From NCBI GenBank assembly GCA_000934665.2, contig KZ538540.1:1-64000 (forward strand): a stretch of DNA of 64,000 bases. Reading direction: 5' to 3'. The notes beneath the pieces are model-generated. The model was not told the DNA's origin and ran no database searches. It worked only from the letters and a program-made list of their open reading frames with translations. A program made the position numbers and the translations under genes. Of this stretch, positions 1-12,500 are shown piece by piece; positions within the stretch are counted from its first letter, which is position 1, and the number at the start of each line of letters is the position of its first letter. Origin of the DNA: Catajapyx aquilonaris (lineage: Eukaryota).

Positions 1-254
1 GCAAGTAAAGTCGAAGTGCAAATGGCGACTTGTACGTGGTCCTCCTGACCCTACCTAGCCCCCCCTCCCCTTACACCCGTGTCCAGCACTCCGGCCCAGC
101 CCTCCCTCCCTGCCCAATCCTTCCCAGGTGAAGTCAGCAGCAAGAGGGAGGACCCCACATCGCCTCGGACCCTGCCGATTATCCGGCCCCGAACATCCTC
201 CTCCCCTCTCCCTTGAACCACCGCGGGCGGCCCACGGGGGAACCGCCGCCGCCG

Positions 255-287
<33 letters not shown>

Positions 288-573
288 NCGCCGCCGCCCG
301 CCCGCCCGCCCGCCCATCCCCACCTCCCCCAGTTGCCCTCCACCCTCCCGTCGGAATCGAACCGAAAAGAGGTCCAGGTTGTGTGGAACAGCTAGAAGTG
401 CGGGCGCTTTAGTGAGAGACTTTTTTAGCAATAATTTTACTGCGCGCGGGCCGCCGAGAGGGACCCCGTGCACCCGTTTATCGTGCGTGTCGTATCGCCA
501 AGGAGAGGTAGGCTGGCTGCGAGGTGAGTGCAGGGTTGACTGAGGGAGCCGAAGGCGCCTCCCGCCGGCGGAG
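1..573 (+). promoter_or_regulatory. GC/CpG-rich promoter and 5' leader of the ZCCHC gene
   Basis: CpG-rich, with (GCC)n and poly-C tracts, an AAATGGCG YY1-like motif near 20 and a short uORF at 22-48; lies directly upstream of ATG 574. Confidence 0.5.
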
Positions 574-3500
574 ATGGTGTGCAAGGAGGAGGTCATAGTG
601 TGGTTCCGGGGCCTGCCTGGTGCGAGACGGATTGACCTTATGTGCAGCCTGCTCAACTCCTGCCTGCCACTGGAGCTACGCTTCCTGGGGACCTGTGTGG
701 AGGACCTGGGCAAGCGGGACTACCACCAGCTCAGGGATGCAGAGTACAGGGCCAACAGCACCCAGGAACTCAGGGACATGGCGCAGGGGAAGGGAGTGCG
801 TGGGAGTGGAAGGAACAGGCGGAAGATGGCCCTCTACTTGGCCCTGCTCAGGTCCACCAACCATGTGTGTGCCGGACTTGTGTACCAAGCCCTCTTTGGA
901 GGGATCAGTACTGGCGAGGAGGAGGAGATGGACCAGCGGAGGGAGGAGGAAGAGGAGGAGGAGAACGAGGAGGAGAGGGAAGCAGAGATGGAGTTGCTGT
1001 ACGTCATGGCCAGGTACCACCCAGCGTTCACCTTCGAGCAGAAGATTGTCGTTGGGGAAGCACTTGAGAGGTTTGGAAGGGATGGACTGCCTGCAGAGGA
1101 ATGCAACACCATTCGGCAGGTGAGTCCAGAGACGTATATAGTCTTGCCCTGACCTCCTCGGAGAATGGGGACCAAAATGTATGTGATGTGGGCATGGCCC
1201 CTGGTAGAGTTCATTTTTGTACAAGTATTCTTTGAGGCACATTAATTACATTTTAATATGTATGTCAAGTAAGAACATAAGAAGTTGTGAGAGCATGTCT
1301 ATATATGGTTAGTGAACTAGGTTGTAGCTGTAAATGTTAGCCCAGCTGCTGGCTCAAGTTGCGTAGCATTTCATGAAATTGTAGCAGAATTTTGAAGACC
1401 ATCAGGAGAGTTATACAATATCAGGGACGTATTATGCAACACATGTTCCGTGCAGTGTGGACCAAACTGAATCCAGGCTAGGAGGTAGTCATGCAGGCTC
1501 AGGTGGAAGCGTTGGAAGTGAATTTATTTAATTGTAAAGCAGCATTGTGTGTGGTGACTACATAGTGCTTATCATGGCAACTTCTGACTGGCTCAATCAA
1601 GAAGGTTGGGAACCACTGATCTAAGCCCTTGCAGAAAGGACCAAGCAGTATAGCTGTCTTATGTTGAGAAATATATGCCCACAGGGCACAGTTGGTGCAT
1701 TCAACAATACTGGACAATATTGGGACCGAAATTGGCAGTACGGGGGTGTAAGCATAGTCTCAATAACGACATGTGTCACGCTACTTGGCAAAAGCCAGGG
1801 CATGGAATTAATCTATCTGTACTACTGTACACCACTACAATGGCATGGGAAAATGTTCTTCCCAATACTACCACCTCCCTTTTCGACATTTTTTACTTCC
1901 AATATTTTGGGCATGTATGCACCACCCAGGCAGTGAGTGTACCAAGTTTCAGAGTCCTACCTTTTCAGGATGTTGGAGAAAAAATCTGGACTAACAGAGT
2001 GATGCAACATGTCTTTTATAACATAGGATTATTTAATTCCTTCATGTCAAATAATATCAATGATGCAACATCGCGGTTTGCAGGTATCAGATCATAAAAC
2101 TTTGATGTGAAGCATGGAATATGTGAGCCTTTTTCCCTATTATTGGAAGACAACAAAAGTTTCTGGGAAATGCCATTAACGGTACGGTAGTTGAGAAAGG
2201 ATGTCACTGACTACACATGTGTTCACCTAGCTTCAACATTGTTGTTGCTGCTGCTAATAAAAATAGCAATATTGATGAATTAATGAATTAATTAACCATA
2301 TGATATGACTGGCCACTTAGGGAAGTGTATTTACCTGACCTGACTTGATTGCTCATCACTTCAGTGATGATGGATTTTGAGAGTGGGTGGATATGGGAAA
2401 ACTCATCAGATCTTGATTCACATAAGAACCTGTGCCTATCCAGAGGGTCAAACGCAAGATCTTGGAAGCAGTACGACTACACTGCTGTGTTGGCCATTGT
2501 GAATGTTTATTTACAGTTGCGAGAATCAAGATGTGTATGGTAGACCAGAGTGCTTCCTCTGTGCAGGGGCTCCTTGCATGACCTCCACCCCTCAGCGACA
2601 GCACCAGGGTGGGCTTACTAGCCTAGGACATGCCAAGAATACTGTGTGTTGATCATTTAATGGTGAGAGTAGCAGCTCCTGTACTGGCAGGGGAAGTACC
2701 ACCATCCACATCTTTATGCTCACGACTGTACCTGTACTCTAGGTGCAACACAGGAAATTTTGCACAGTATGAGTGGCATGTTTTGCAATGGGCATAGGCC
2801 TAAAATGTTTTCAAATTGTAAAATGGATTTATTTTTGGTGCAATTATTATAGTAGTAAACAGACTTATGAAATAATAAAAAATTAGTGGCAAAAAACTTT
2901 GAACTATTGGCAGGGGGAAATGCTTACTGACGACATTCTTTTGTTAGTAATGGGACTGGGTCACTTCATTAAAATGATCCTTGGTCCTCACATTTTCTCA
3001 TGCTCACCATGTTGGATCTACTGTAGAATGCAGTGTTGTATCAAAGTTGTGACATTTCAATTGTCAGCAGTTGCTGACACACTATTAATTTATAGGATTT
3101 GGCATTGGCAGAACTGGGCCTATCATCAAAGGCACTGCATTTCAGTTATACCATCAGCCCCCATGCACGTCCCTTAACTCTCAATTTTTATATCTTTCTC
3201 TTGTATTCTTCACTTTTCTTTTGTCACACAGGTCCCTGTGCTAAAGCAGTCAAGCTTGACTGAACCGTCAGAGTTGTTCAATCCTCCAATTTTTTAAAGG
3301 TTCAAAGCTTTTATAATTTTGTTTTAAAAAAATGTGTGGTTCTGCAGATGGTTGGAGGAAGTCATATTAATTGGATCAAATAACATTGTGGGCTATGGTA
3401 GCAGAGAAGAGAAAAGGGAAAGAGAAGAGTTAATTATACAACTCAATATGCAATGTTGGGGAAAAAAATTAAAATAATGCAAATCACCCTTTCTCATATC

Positions 3501-6500
3501 TGATAAGTGAATCAGAATCCAGTGCTTGGAAAATTAGGGGTGGGGGACGTTAAGTTCACTGTAACAGTACAACTCTGTTTATGCAGTACAACTCTGTTTA
3601 TGCCTTAGAGAGCCACAACACCAATGCTAATGGCCATTTTTGGTGCAAAAGTGGGTATGGGTATTATTAACAGTATAAGTTGTGAACACGAAGGGTCAAC
3701 TGCATCAAAGCAAATATGCAAAATCACAGGGGGTGGCTCAGTGGTGTAGTGGCTAATACCACAGCCTTCTACCTCTGAGGTCCTGAGTTCGATCCCGGGA
3801 TCGAACAGAGGATATTTATGTGGATAGAGTTTCTATCAACTCCCTCCGTGTTCACGTCCCGGGTTTTCTCAGGGCTCTCCTGTTTCCACCCGCAATCAAA
3901 ATCTGACACAGCGCAGGCAATGATTAAAAAAGACAGTGAATGAAAAGATGGTCCCCTAAAAGGTCAAGGAGGTCTATCACAATTCATTACTACTACTACT
4001 CTTGTAGTAATAGTAGTAGCAGCAGCGTTTACAGTACATACTCTGACAGGCCCATACACACAGGCCATTCACGGTTTTGGTTTTTGGTTGCCGACGGGTG
4101 GACCAATCATGACTCATGTAAACAAGCTGTAAACAATGGGTTGTGCTTGTTTACATGAGTCATGATTGGTCCGTGGTGTCAACGCAACCAAAAACCAAAA
4201 ACCAAAACCGTGGGCCTGTGTATATGGGCCTTAACAGGATTTCTACCTTATCTTTTGTTGACACAACCAGCCATAAGTGCTTGGGATAGAAAAGAAGTAA
4301 CATTGTTTTGTTTTTTTTCCTTCTTCTTTTAGCATTTGAATTTTATTGTATCAGAGAAGGCAGGGGAGGAATGAGGCTTATGAAGAAAGGGACAGTGGTC
4401 TTTTCCCCCCTTGAAGAATGAAACATAAAAGCCTCTTGTTTCCATGATATGATAGCCCTTACTGACCCCTTTGTTCTGGGTAATTAGAGCAGTGTACCTG
4501 TCAGCTTAAAACAGGAGGACAAAAAACTGATTTCAGTAACTAGGGTTGAGAATTTTTTATTTTTCTTATTAAGCCTGGTGTGCCAAAACTAGGAGGAATT
4601 GAATGGTGACACCATGGCATTTGATTTTGGCTAAGTTTACATGAGACTAAAAATCGGCCTAGGTAAGGCCGCCTAAGCAAGGTGAACCAGTTTACTCCCA
4701 TGTAACCACCATGCCTACATTGGATGGACTTGAGCTGGGCCAGAATGCACTCAGCTCCAGCCTTTTAGATCAGGTAGTCTATGCTAAGTGGTTGAGTTGA
4801 TTGGATGAGGGAGACAGCCCAGGAGGGAAGTAGATGGGAGGAGGAAAGATGGCGACCAACCATGCCGTGCCAAAAAACATAACTCGCTGCACCTGCAGTT
4901 GTGTGTCAGCTTTCTGCTCCATGATGAGCCACATTACCATCATCCGCCAGCTAAATACTGCCATGATGATGGTAGTTACCAGCAACGCCAGCTTGACCAG
5001 TGTCCTCTATACTGTCCTCCCTTCTTAGGCTACCTTTCCAGTAATTCTGGTTGGGCCTTAAGGCGCTGAGAGTCAGTAGTAGTGTAATGGTGGCAAAAGC
5101 GGGAGCAAGTTTAGCGTAGACTGGCCTTGTGTAGGGGGCCTGAGCCAGGCCTATGTGTAGTCCCATGTAAATGTAATCATTAAGTTTTTGCCTTACAATA
5201 TTGTTTTCACAATTAGTTAGGGGTGGAACTATTTTTGAGAAGACACTTGTCCAGGAGAAATGTGACAAAATATTGTGAAAAGAGTGGGATAATTGTGTCT
5301 TGTCCCATATGAAGCTTGTTCCTGTTTGTGTTCTTGTTGAGGGTGGTGGGAGAAGGTGCTGTGCCCCAGTAGTAAGTGTGTGCGTGTTGTGTCAATAATA
5401 ATATAATATGGCATCATAGAGTATCATTTATTGAAAACTGGTACCTCCCTGGGTGAAGAAGGTACATGGTAAGAGGAAGTAGAGAGATGATGTTGACTTC
5501 ATTTAGCTAGATTTTTTGAGGGAAATAGTGGAATCAGATCTAAATATTAAAGTATTGAGTGGCAATAATTCTGTCCTGTAGCTGACCCATTCTCCCACAT
5601 CTGAAGGGATGGGGCATAGTGTCATTCTTCTATTTTATTTAGTACTAGCTGCATCACCCGGCGTTGCCTGGGAAGAAATGAATGAAGGGAAAACACCTGC
5701 CAGAACCCCCGTCAACTGTCTGTCTTTCTCTGTGTCCGCCCACCAATGCCATCATTTCTGTGGTCCTGCTACTCCAACACCTTCAACCTCTCCCGTTTGT
5801 ATAACGGCAACCGTCATTTGCCTGCCATCTGTAGTCAACCCCCAACACCTCCATCCTCTCCCGGCGTGGGGATGGAGCACAGATGGCAGGCAAATGACGG
5901 TTGGCAGGCGGACAGACAGACAGAGTCACAAACGGCTTTATTTATATAGGTAGATAGGTAGATAGAAATTCAGAGTGGGTTATAATTCAGAGCAATTGTA
6001 AAATGTCTTAGATTTGCATTGGATTGGTTTAATTTATATTGATTAGTATTATTGTTAGTGTGTAATGCTAGGATGTGCATAATTATGTTTATATGTTTAA
6101 AGCTTGATGCACTAGGTATGACATACTTATGTGATTACTTTTAACTGAAATGGCAAGGGGATGATTGGGTATTAACCTTTCCCCCCCCCCCCCCCTCCCC
6201 ACCGATGCAGGAAAGAAATCTTACATTACTGGCTCTGGGTTTAAATGTCAATGCAAAGTAGATGAGGAATTGCATGCAGTCTGTAAGAATAACAGAAGCA
6301 CAGTGCACTCACATTGTGACTCTCACATATTCTTTCATAATATAAATGCACGTGCTGCCACCTCAGATTATGTCACTCATACCAGTGCTATAACTATTTT
6401 TAGATGTCAATGTAGGAGAGTCGTAGCAGAACACTTATACAAAGCAGTAGGGAAGAAAGTTTGAGCAAGTGTGGGCTCTTGCAGACATTCTCAGTCCGAA

Positions 6501-9500
6501 GCTCACCACTTCTTTTATAATTAAATGAATTGTTTCTTAGCTTCATGCCCGCGAGCAGTTGTATGGTATGATTTAATAACTCATGATTTCTTTGCAAGTA
6601 GTAAAAGTATTCACTACAACCTTATGCATAACAGTTCGGAGTGTTCTGCAAAGTAGGCTGTATGTGGGTATTTGTCAAAGTCAAGGGCATATTTTTCTCT
6701 TAAGTGTGCATCGTGTGAAGTGGGCATCTGTAGAGGTGGGAGTAGTGTGCAGATAATAGTGTGAATGTATGGGTACCATGCTGCAAGTAATGCCAATCTG
6801 CATCAATTTGCCATGGCATTTAAAAAATTATTACATTTGCTATTTCAGGTGGAGGAGTCCTGCTCCAACTTGGAGCCAGTTATTGACTTGGAACCGTCAT
6901 ATCAAAGGGTTAGGGATGTTGGGACTGGTGAGGAGGCCTGCTGTAACCAGCCTGGTGAGTTTTTGCTAAGGTTTGGGGGGGGGGGGNNNNNNTGGGTGGG
7001 GGGAAGGCAGGAGAGAGAGAATTTATGACCTCTTGACTGTGTCCAACAGGAAGTAACTGAGGAGTGATGTTATGGAGTAGTTCTCTTTTATTTTCCTCAA
7101 AAGTCACCTTAGAAAGGATAAGCAGTTTGTAGACTGAAATGACATACAAGTCAAGATCAAGGTTGTGTTGAAAAGGTCAAGGCAAACAGCATGAACACTT
7201 GGTGTTTTTAAGAATCCTACGATTTGACATGATGCCTTCCATCATCTCATGTTGGAATTGCTCAGGATAGTAATGAATGATATACCAGATCTCCCAGAAG
7301 TTGGCCCAGTGTTGCATTGGTGAAAATATGATGAAATCACTGGTGACATTTAGTCTGATTTTGATCAGTGACAGAAAAGCTATTGGAACCTTGTCATATC
7401 AGGGAATATGCTTTATTGACATGCCACCCTGTCTTCAGGGATTTCTTGAAAAAATTGCATTGTCAAGACAAATAAAATCATGTTCATTTTGATGTGACAA
7501 CACCTCATTTTCCATTGCCTTGGAAGAACACTTTTAGGCAGTGTTTACATGTGAATGATGAAACCATAGTTTGGGGCGAAAGTAACAGTCGTGGTAACAT
7601 AAGATTTTCGCCCCAAACAATTGGTTTCATCGGGGAGGTGTAGATGGCCGAGATGGTAACGTCTCGGCTTGCTGAGTGAAAGGCCCCAGGTTCGATCCCA
7701 GCCTGGGGAACTTTCCTTTCACCTGTGTCAGGAGGGTCTCTGACCTGCACCTTGGAGGTGTCTGGCAACCTAACCTCCTGGGGAACAGCAGCTACGACAT
7801 TGCACCTTGCACCCATGTTCACTCCCCAAAAATCCCTGTCCTTTCCCATTGTGCCTGTTTCCTTGCACCGGTGAATGAAGCAGAAAATATATACAGAAAA
7901 CTGATGGTGGTATGCCACCCCCCTATAGCACCCATAAGGGTCATCACAGGGTAAACTAAATAAAAATAAAAATATAAAATAAAATAAATGGGTGTCATCA
8001 CTCACATGTAAACACAGCATTAGGCATACAAATAACAGTTCGAACTTTAAAATGTCATAGAAGAATACCGCTAGTAGCGACGTAGGAGATGGACAATAAA
8101 CCAACCAACCACAATTTCACTTCTCTGTCTCATACATTTGAAAACACTGTGTGGTACACTTTACTGGCAGAGGAAATTGCATTCATTTTTTAGGCCCATT
8201 GACTCTTTTAAAATATTCCAAACTTTTGGATTGGTAAGCTCAACCACAAAGTAGGAGAAAGCACACCCTGTGGTAGACAATTCTGCAGCTGTGCAGAATA
8301 TGCCGCGTGTTTCATTGTCACATATTGAAATTAATATTATAGGTTTGTAAATTCACTTTAGTGTATTGGATTTTAGCATTCTAATTCTTGCACTTTATAA
8401 TCTCCATTTTTTGACTTCGTGGCACATTTCCACTTGACATTTTATGACACTCTTGTGTTCAGGATGGTTAGTTAAATCCATGTGACCCCTAAAGCTCCAA
8501 GTAACTATAAGGCAGTCGATGCAGCATAATTGAAAGATTGTCTTGCCTTTCTCCAGCCTATGTAACCCAGCTGAAAGTCCTTAGGAGTAAACCAGAGAAG
8601 AGGATGGAGTACCTTCTGCAGGTGACGAGTAGCAGTGGGGACACCAAAGAAATCAGGCTGCTTTATTCTGATCTGAGTGACTTTCACAACAAGGTATGCA
8701 CATACAGATTTCTTGCTTTCGTATATTATGCTTATCCTCTTCCAGCCTCCTTTATCTCCATTATAATGATTCTTTCTCATTTTAAGTTGCTGTCCATGGT
8801 GAATGTGGATGGCAGCCAGAATCTCGCTGCCTCGACCACCTGTGGTTGGATACCTTCCTTTCCAACCTCAAGGGCAGGGCACTATCCTCAGGAGAGTGCC
8901 ATTCAGGACTACCTTACGCAATTGGTGGCTCAGTCCCCTGTGCATTTGCGCCAGATGTCATTCTTTTCGGCTACCTTCCTTGAAGCACGTGAGTTGCTTT
9001 TATTTGTGCACAGTTTATATCCCATGGTCTCATAGTCAAGAGCAATAGGTACTGCTAGTGCTTTTATAAGCATTCTTGGCATCAGAGATACTGTGAGACC
9101 TGTGAAGATCATTCTGTATAATATTAATCCCTTTGTGCCAAGTGCTTTTTCTTAAATTACCTCTGCAATATCTTGTTGGTGAAAAACTTCTAGTTTAGTT
9201 AGGGCAGAAGGGGTGAAAGTACATTCAAATTCTTGTGACTTGATCCTATAACGATCTGTAGTGGTTTGGAACATCAACTTGTTGTTACTGCTTGAGTTTG
9301 AGCAAGCCTTTTTTTAAAACTCACATTGTAAAATCTTATGAAACCTACGCCAAAAGCTGCCTGTAGTGGTGGCCCATGATTGGGTGTGTATAATGTGATT
9401 CTCAATACTCCAGGGGGGACAAAATGAAGAAAGTCCTACCCATGGTAGCATGATTTTCTAACCACTACATCAGCAATGCCCAGTCAACTTGCCAAATACC

Positions 9501-12500
9501 TATCCGGGTCATGGTCGCACAATGGGCATCTCTCCTACACACAATTAAATCACATTTAAAACAAAACTAGTTGTGTCATGCTCATTTTCATACATGTAGG
9601 TAATTGGATACATTACAGTTAAGAGTTTAGAATTGTATGTTCAACAGAGCTCTTGTTTGGTTCAGTACTGCAAAGGTTCTGTAACAATTCACTAGTATTT
9701 TACCAGAAAAAAAATTGCCCAGGTATCCAACTACTACAGTACATCACAGTGTGAAAATTTAAGCACATAAATAAGGCCACTTTCTTGGGGGGCATGTAGC
9801 ATCATTGGAGAGTTCGCCAGACGTCCCTACTGCAGACTGCAAGACTAGTCAGTTGCCGATTAGAGTTCCCAGCAGCAAGTTGACTGAGAGTGATGCTGCA
9901 TTACTCGCAGCTGTGCCATCAACTACTACTTCTCATCTAATAGCCCCACCCCCATCAGGTGTTTACGGTAAGTCTGATTATGTAAGAAAATATTCCAGAC
10001 TGACTGTATGTCAAATTGAAAGAGAGGCTCACTGGAACCAAAAAGAAGTGAACTTTTTTGTTAAAAGTGGTTAGGAACTTGGTCCCACTATGATGTTTTT
10101 TTTTTTGCCCACCCCTGCTGTTGGCACAACCCAAAATCCCCAGGGATGGATCCAGCGATGAGGGCGGTGCATTTCACAAGTCCGGTCATAGTGCCCTGCT
10201 TCATCTCCCCTGGGGTCACCCTGGCTGTGTTCACCTCTGAAGGGGTCATTGCCACAGGCAACAAGTCTGCCCCCCGCAGTGAGAATGGTTGACCAGACTT
10301 TTTTGTTGGACTTCTCTGCCACCTCCCTTTCCCATTTGACACATCGCCTTGCTTCTCTGCCCCGTTAGGAAGTGTAGCTGTCTCTCCCATTTGTTGGATT
10401 TTGGGAGGGTTGTTCTAACAAGCATGGGCTTCGCCTAGTTTTTCTGCTGCCAAGACAATCATGTGAAGTACATTGCCTCTTCTCAAAATGTGTGGCCATA
10501 GGCATTGCTGTTTTCAAGTCATTGATTACCTATTATGAAACTGAAAAATATTTAATCAGATTCATATCAATTACGGGCTGCCCAGACTGCATGGGTTTTG
10601 TGGGTATTTCGGGGGGGGGGNNNNNNNNNNNNNGGGGGGGGGGGGGACAAATCTCTGCCTGGTATCTACATTTTCTCCTGCAGTCTTTCAGTGGACAGCC
10701 TATACATAGTAAGCATATTTGAAAGGAGCTGAACTTGTGCCAGTTCCATTAAATTTTAGGTATGTTAATTATATTTTTCTGCATTTTCACTTTTATATTT
10801 TGAAAGATTTCTCTTAAATCATGATGACCAGCATCAAGTTCACACAGGCATAATATTTTTTGAAGTCACTGCCACAGTTTCATTTGTCAACAGGCAAGTC
10901 CATTCACACCATTGCAACTAATATGAGTGGAGTCTTTCCAGAGTAGCAGTTAGGGCTGATTTCTCGAACAGTGGTTCAAATGTAAACAAGGTTCAAATCC
11001 GGTTTGAACCCAGTTCAGAGAAATTTCCATTTCTCGAGGCAAAAGTAAACCATGGATACGGTTTAAACTCGGTTCACATCTGACGGCCCGATTGCCGGCC
11101 GTTATCTGAAATAAACCGGGTTTGGAATGCCGGGAACAACAATGAAAGGTGTCATTTTTTGACTAGTTGCCGACGTTACTCCGCAAAATGAGTTTTTATG
11201 GCACTTTTCGGAGGCCAAAAAATTCTCCCTGTGAACCATAGATAGTGCAAATCTTTGTCTTTCTAATGATATATTTGAAACTTATAAATCGCAACTATGT
11301 GTAATCATAATTAAGTTAATTGCACACCTCAGTTATCTCGGCCGTTTCTCATCCGAATTACTTCGCGAATGTATCGACGGCAAGCCAGAAATGTGCGTGA
11401 TAAAATTACATTGCTCTATTACACTAAAATTTTTAAAAGTATTGTTTTAGTCAGTTTAATAGACAAGTACTCAGCCCTATTTCTGGCAGGAATAGACGGC
11501 GATACTTTTAAATACGTTTAAAATTTTTAGTGTAGCACTATGTAATTTTATCACGCACATTTCTGGCTTGCCGTCGATACATTCTCGAAGTAATTCGGAT
11601 TATAAACGGCCGAGATAACAGAGGTGTGCAATTAACTTAATTATGATTACACAAATGGCGATTTCCGAGTTTCAAATATATCATTAGAAAGACAAAGATT
11701 TGCACTATCCAGGGTCCACAGCGTGAATTTTTTGGCCTCCGAGAAGTGTCATTAAAAATTCATTTTGCGGAGTAATGTCGGCAACTAGTCAAAAAATGTC
11801 ACTTTCAATTGCGATGTCCCTCACTCTACCTTCTAGACTTGCTGACTAGAGTTTGTTTACAAGCCGGTAAAGACTCGCGCTGAAGCTCAGACCGGTTCGG
11901 GGAAATGGGGACGACGCGACATGTGGCAACAGCGCAATTCTAACCGAGGCTTGTCGTTCACATAGTAACCGAGGGTTTGTTTAAGCTCGAGAAATGCTCA
12001 CACTCGGTAGGGGAGTTTAAACTGCGTCCAGCGTGTAGACGCAAACTCAGTTCAAACTGACTTGAACCACTGTTCAAGAAATCAGCCCTTAATAACGCAT
12101 ATTAGCCCAAGAAGATGCAAGTAAAGGTGGGCAATTAACACCATGATACAGTAATTAAAAATCTTGGAAATTCCTTCATGATCGTGCAACTATGTGGAAT
12201 AGGGAAGTTGATGATGTCTATATTGGCAGGAAGTAGTTTTTTTATTAAATTTGCTTTTAATATTGTGAAAGTCAATACCAGATGTTACAATATTGAACCA
12301 TTACCAATTATTGTCCAGAGGGGGATTAATGATTCCTCTTTGCTAACTCTGGTCTTTTTGGTGAGGAAACACTAGATATTTGCACTATATTACTTAGCTG
12401 TTGATTATGTGCTAATTACTTGTACTTGAATATTCTGAGGTTGATGGTAGCACAGATGTCTTCCATGTGAGAGCTTGACCCAACAACTAAGAATTTCTTG

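Noticed and set aside
51..1242. Long overlapping ORFs on both strands around exon 1
   Set aside because: Shadow ORFs caused by high GC and homopolymers; only 574-1119 has family similarity and a splice donor.
1600..1618. hAT-like terminus AAGGTTGGGAACCACTG
   Set aside because: Only one end visible, with no partner TIR or TSD, so no element can be delimited.
3729..3810. tRNA-like sequences (also 7632, 35298, 63760)
   Set aside because: They have A/B boxes but no intact cloverleaf, and each continues into a SINE body.
7505..8104. 199-aa minus-strand ORF
   Set aside because: Spans the MITE/SINE composite with no domain similarity.
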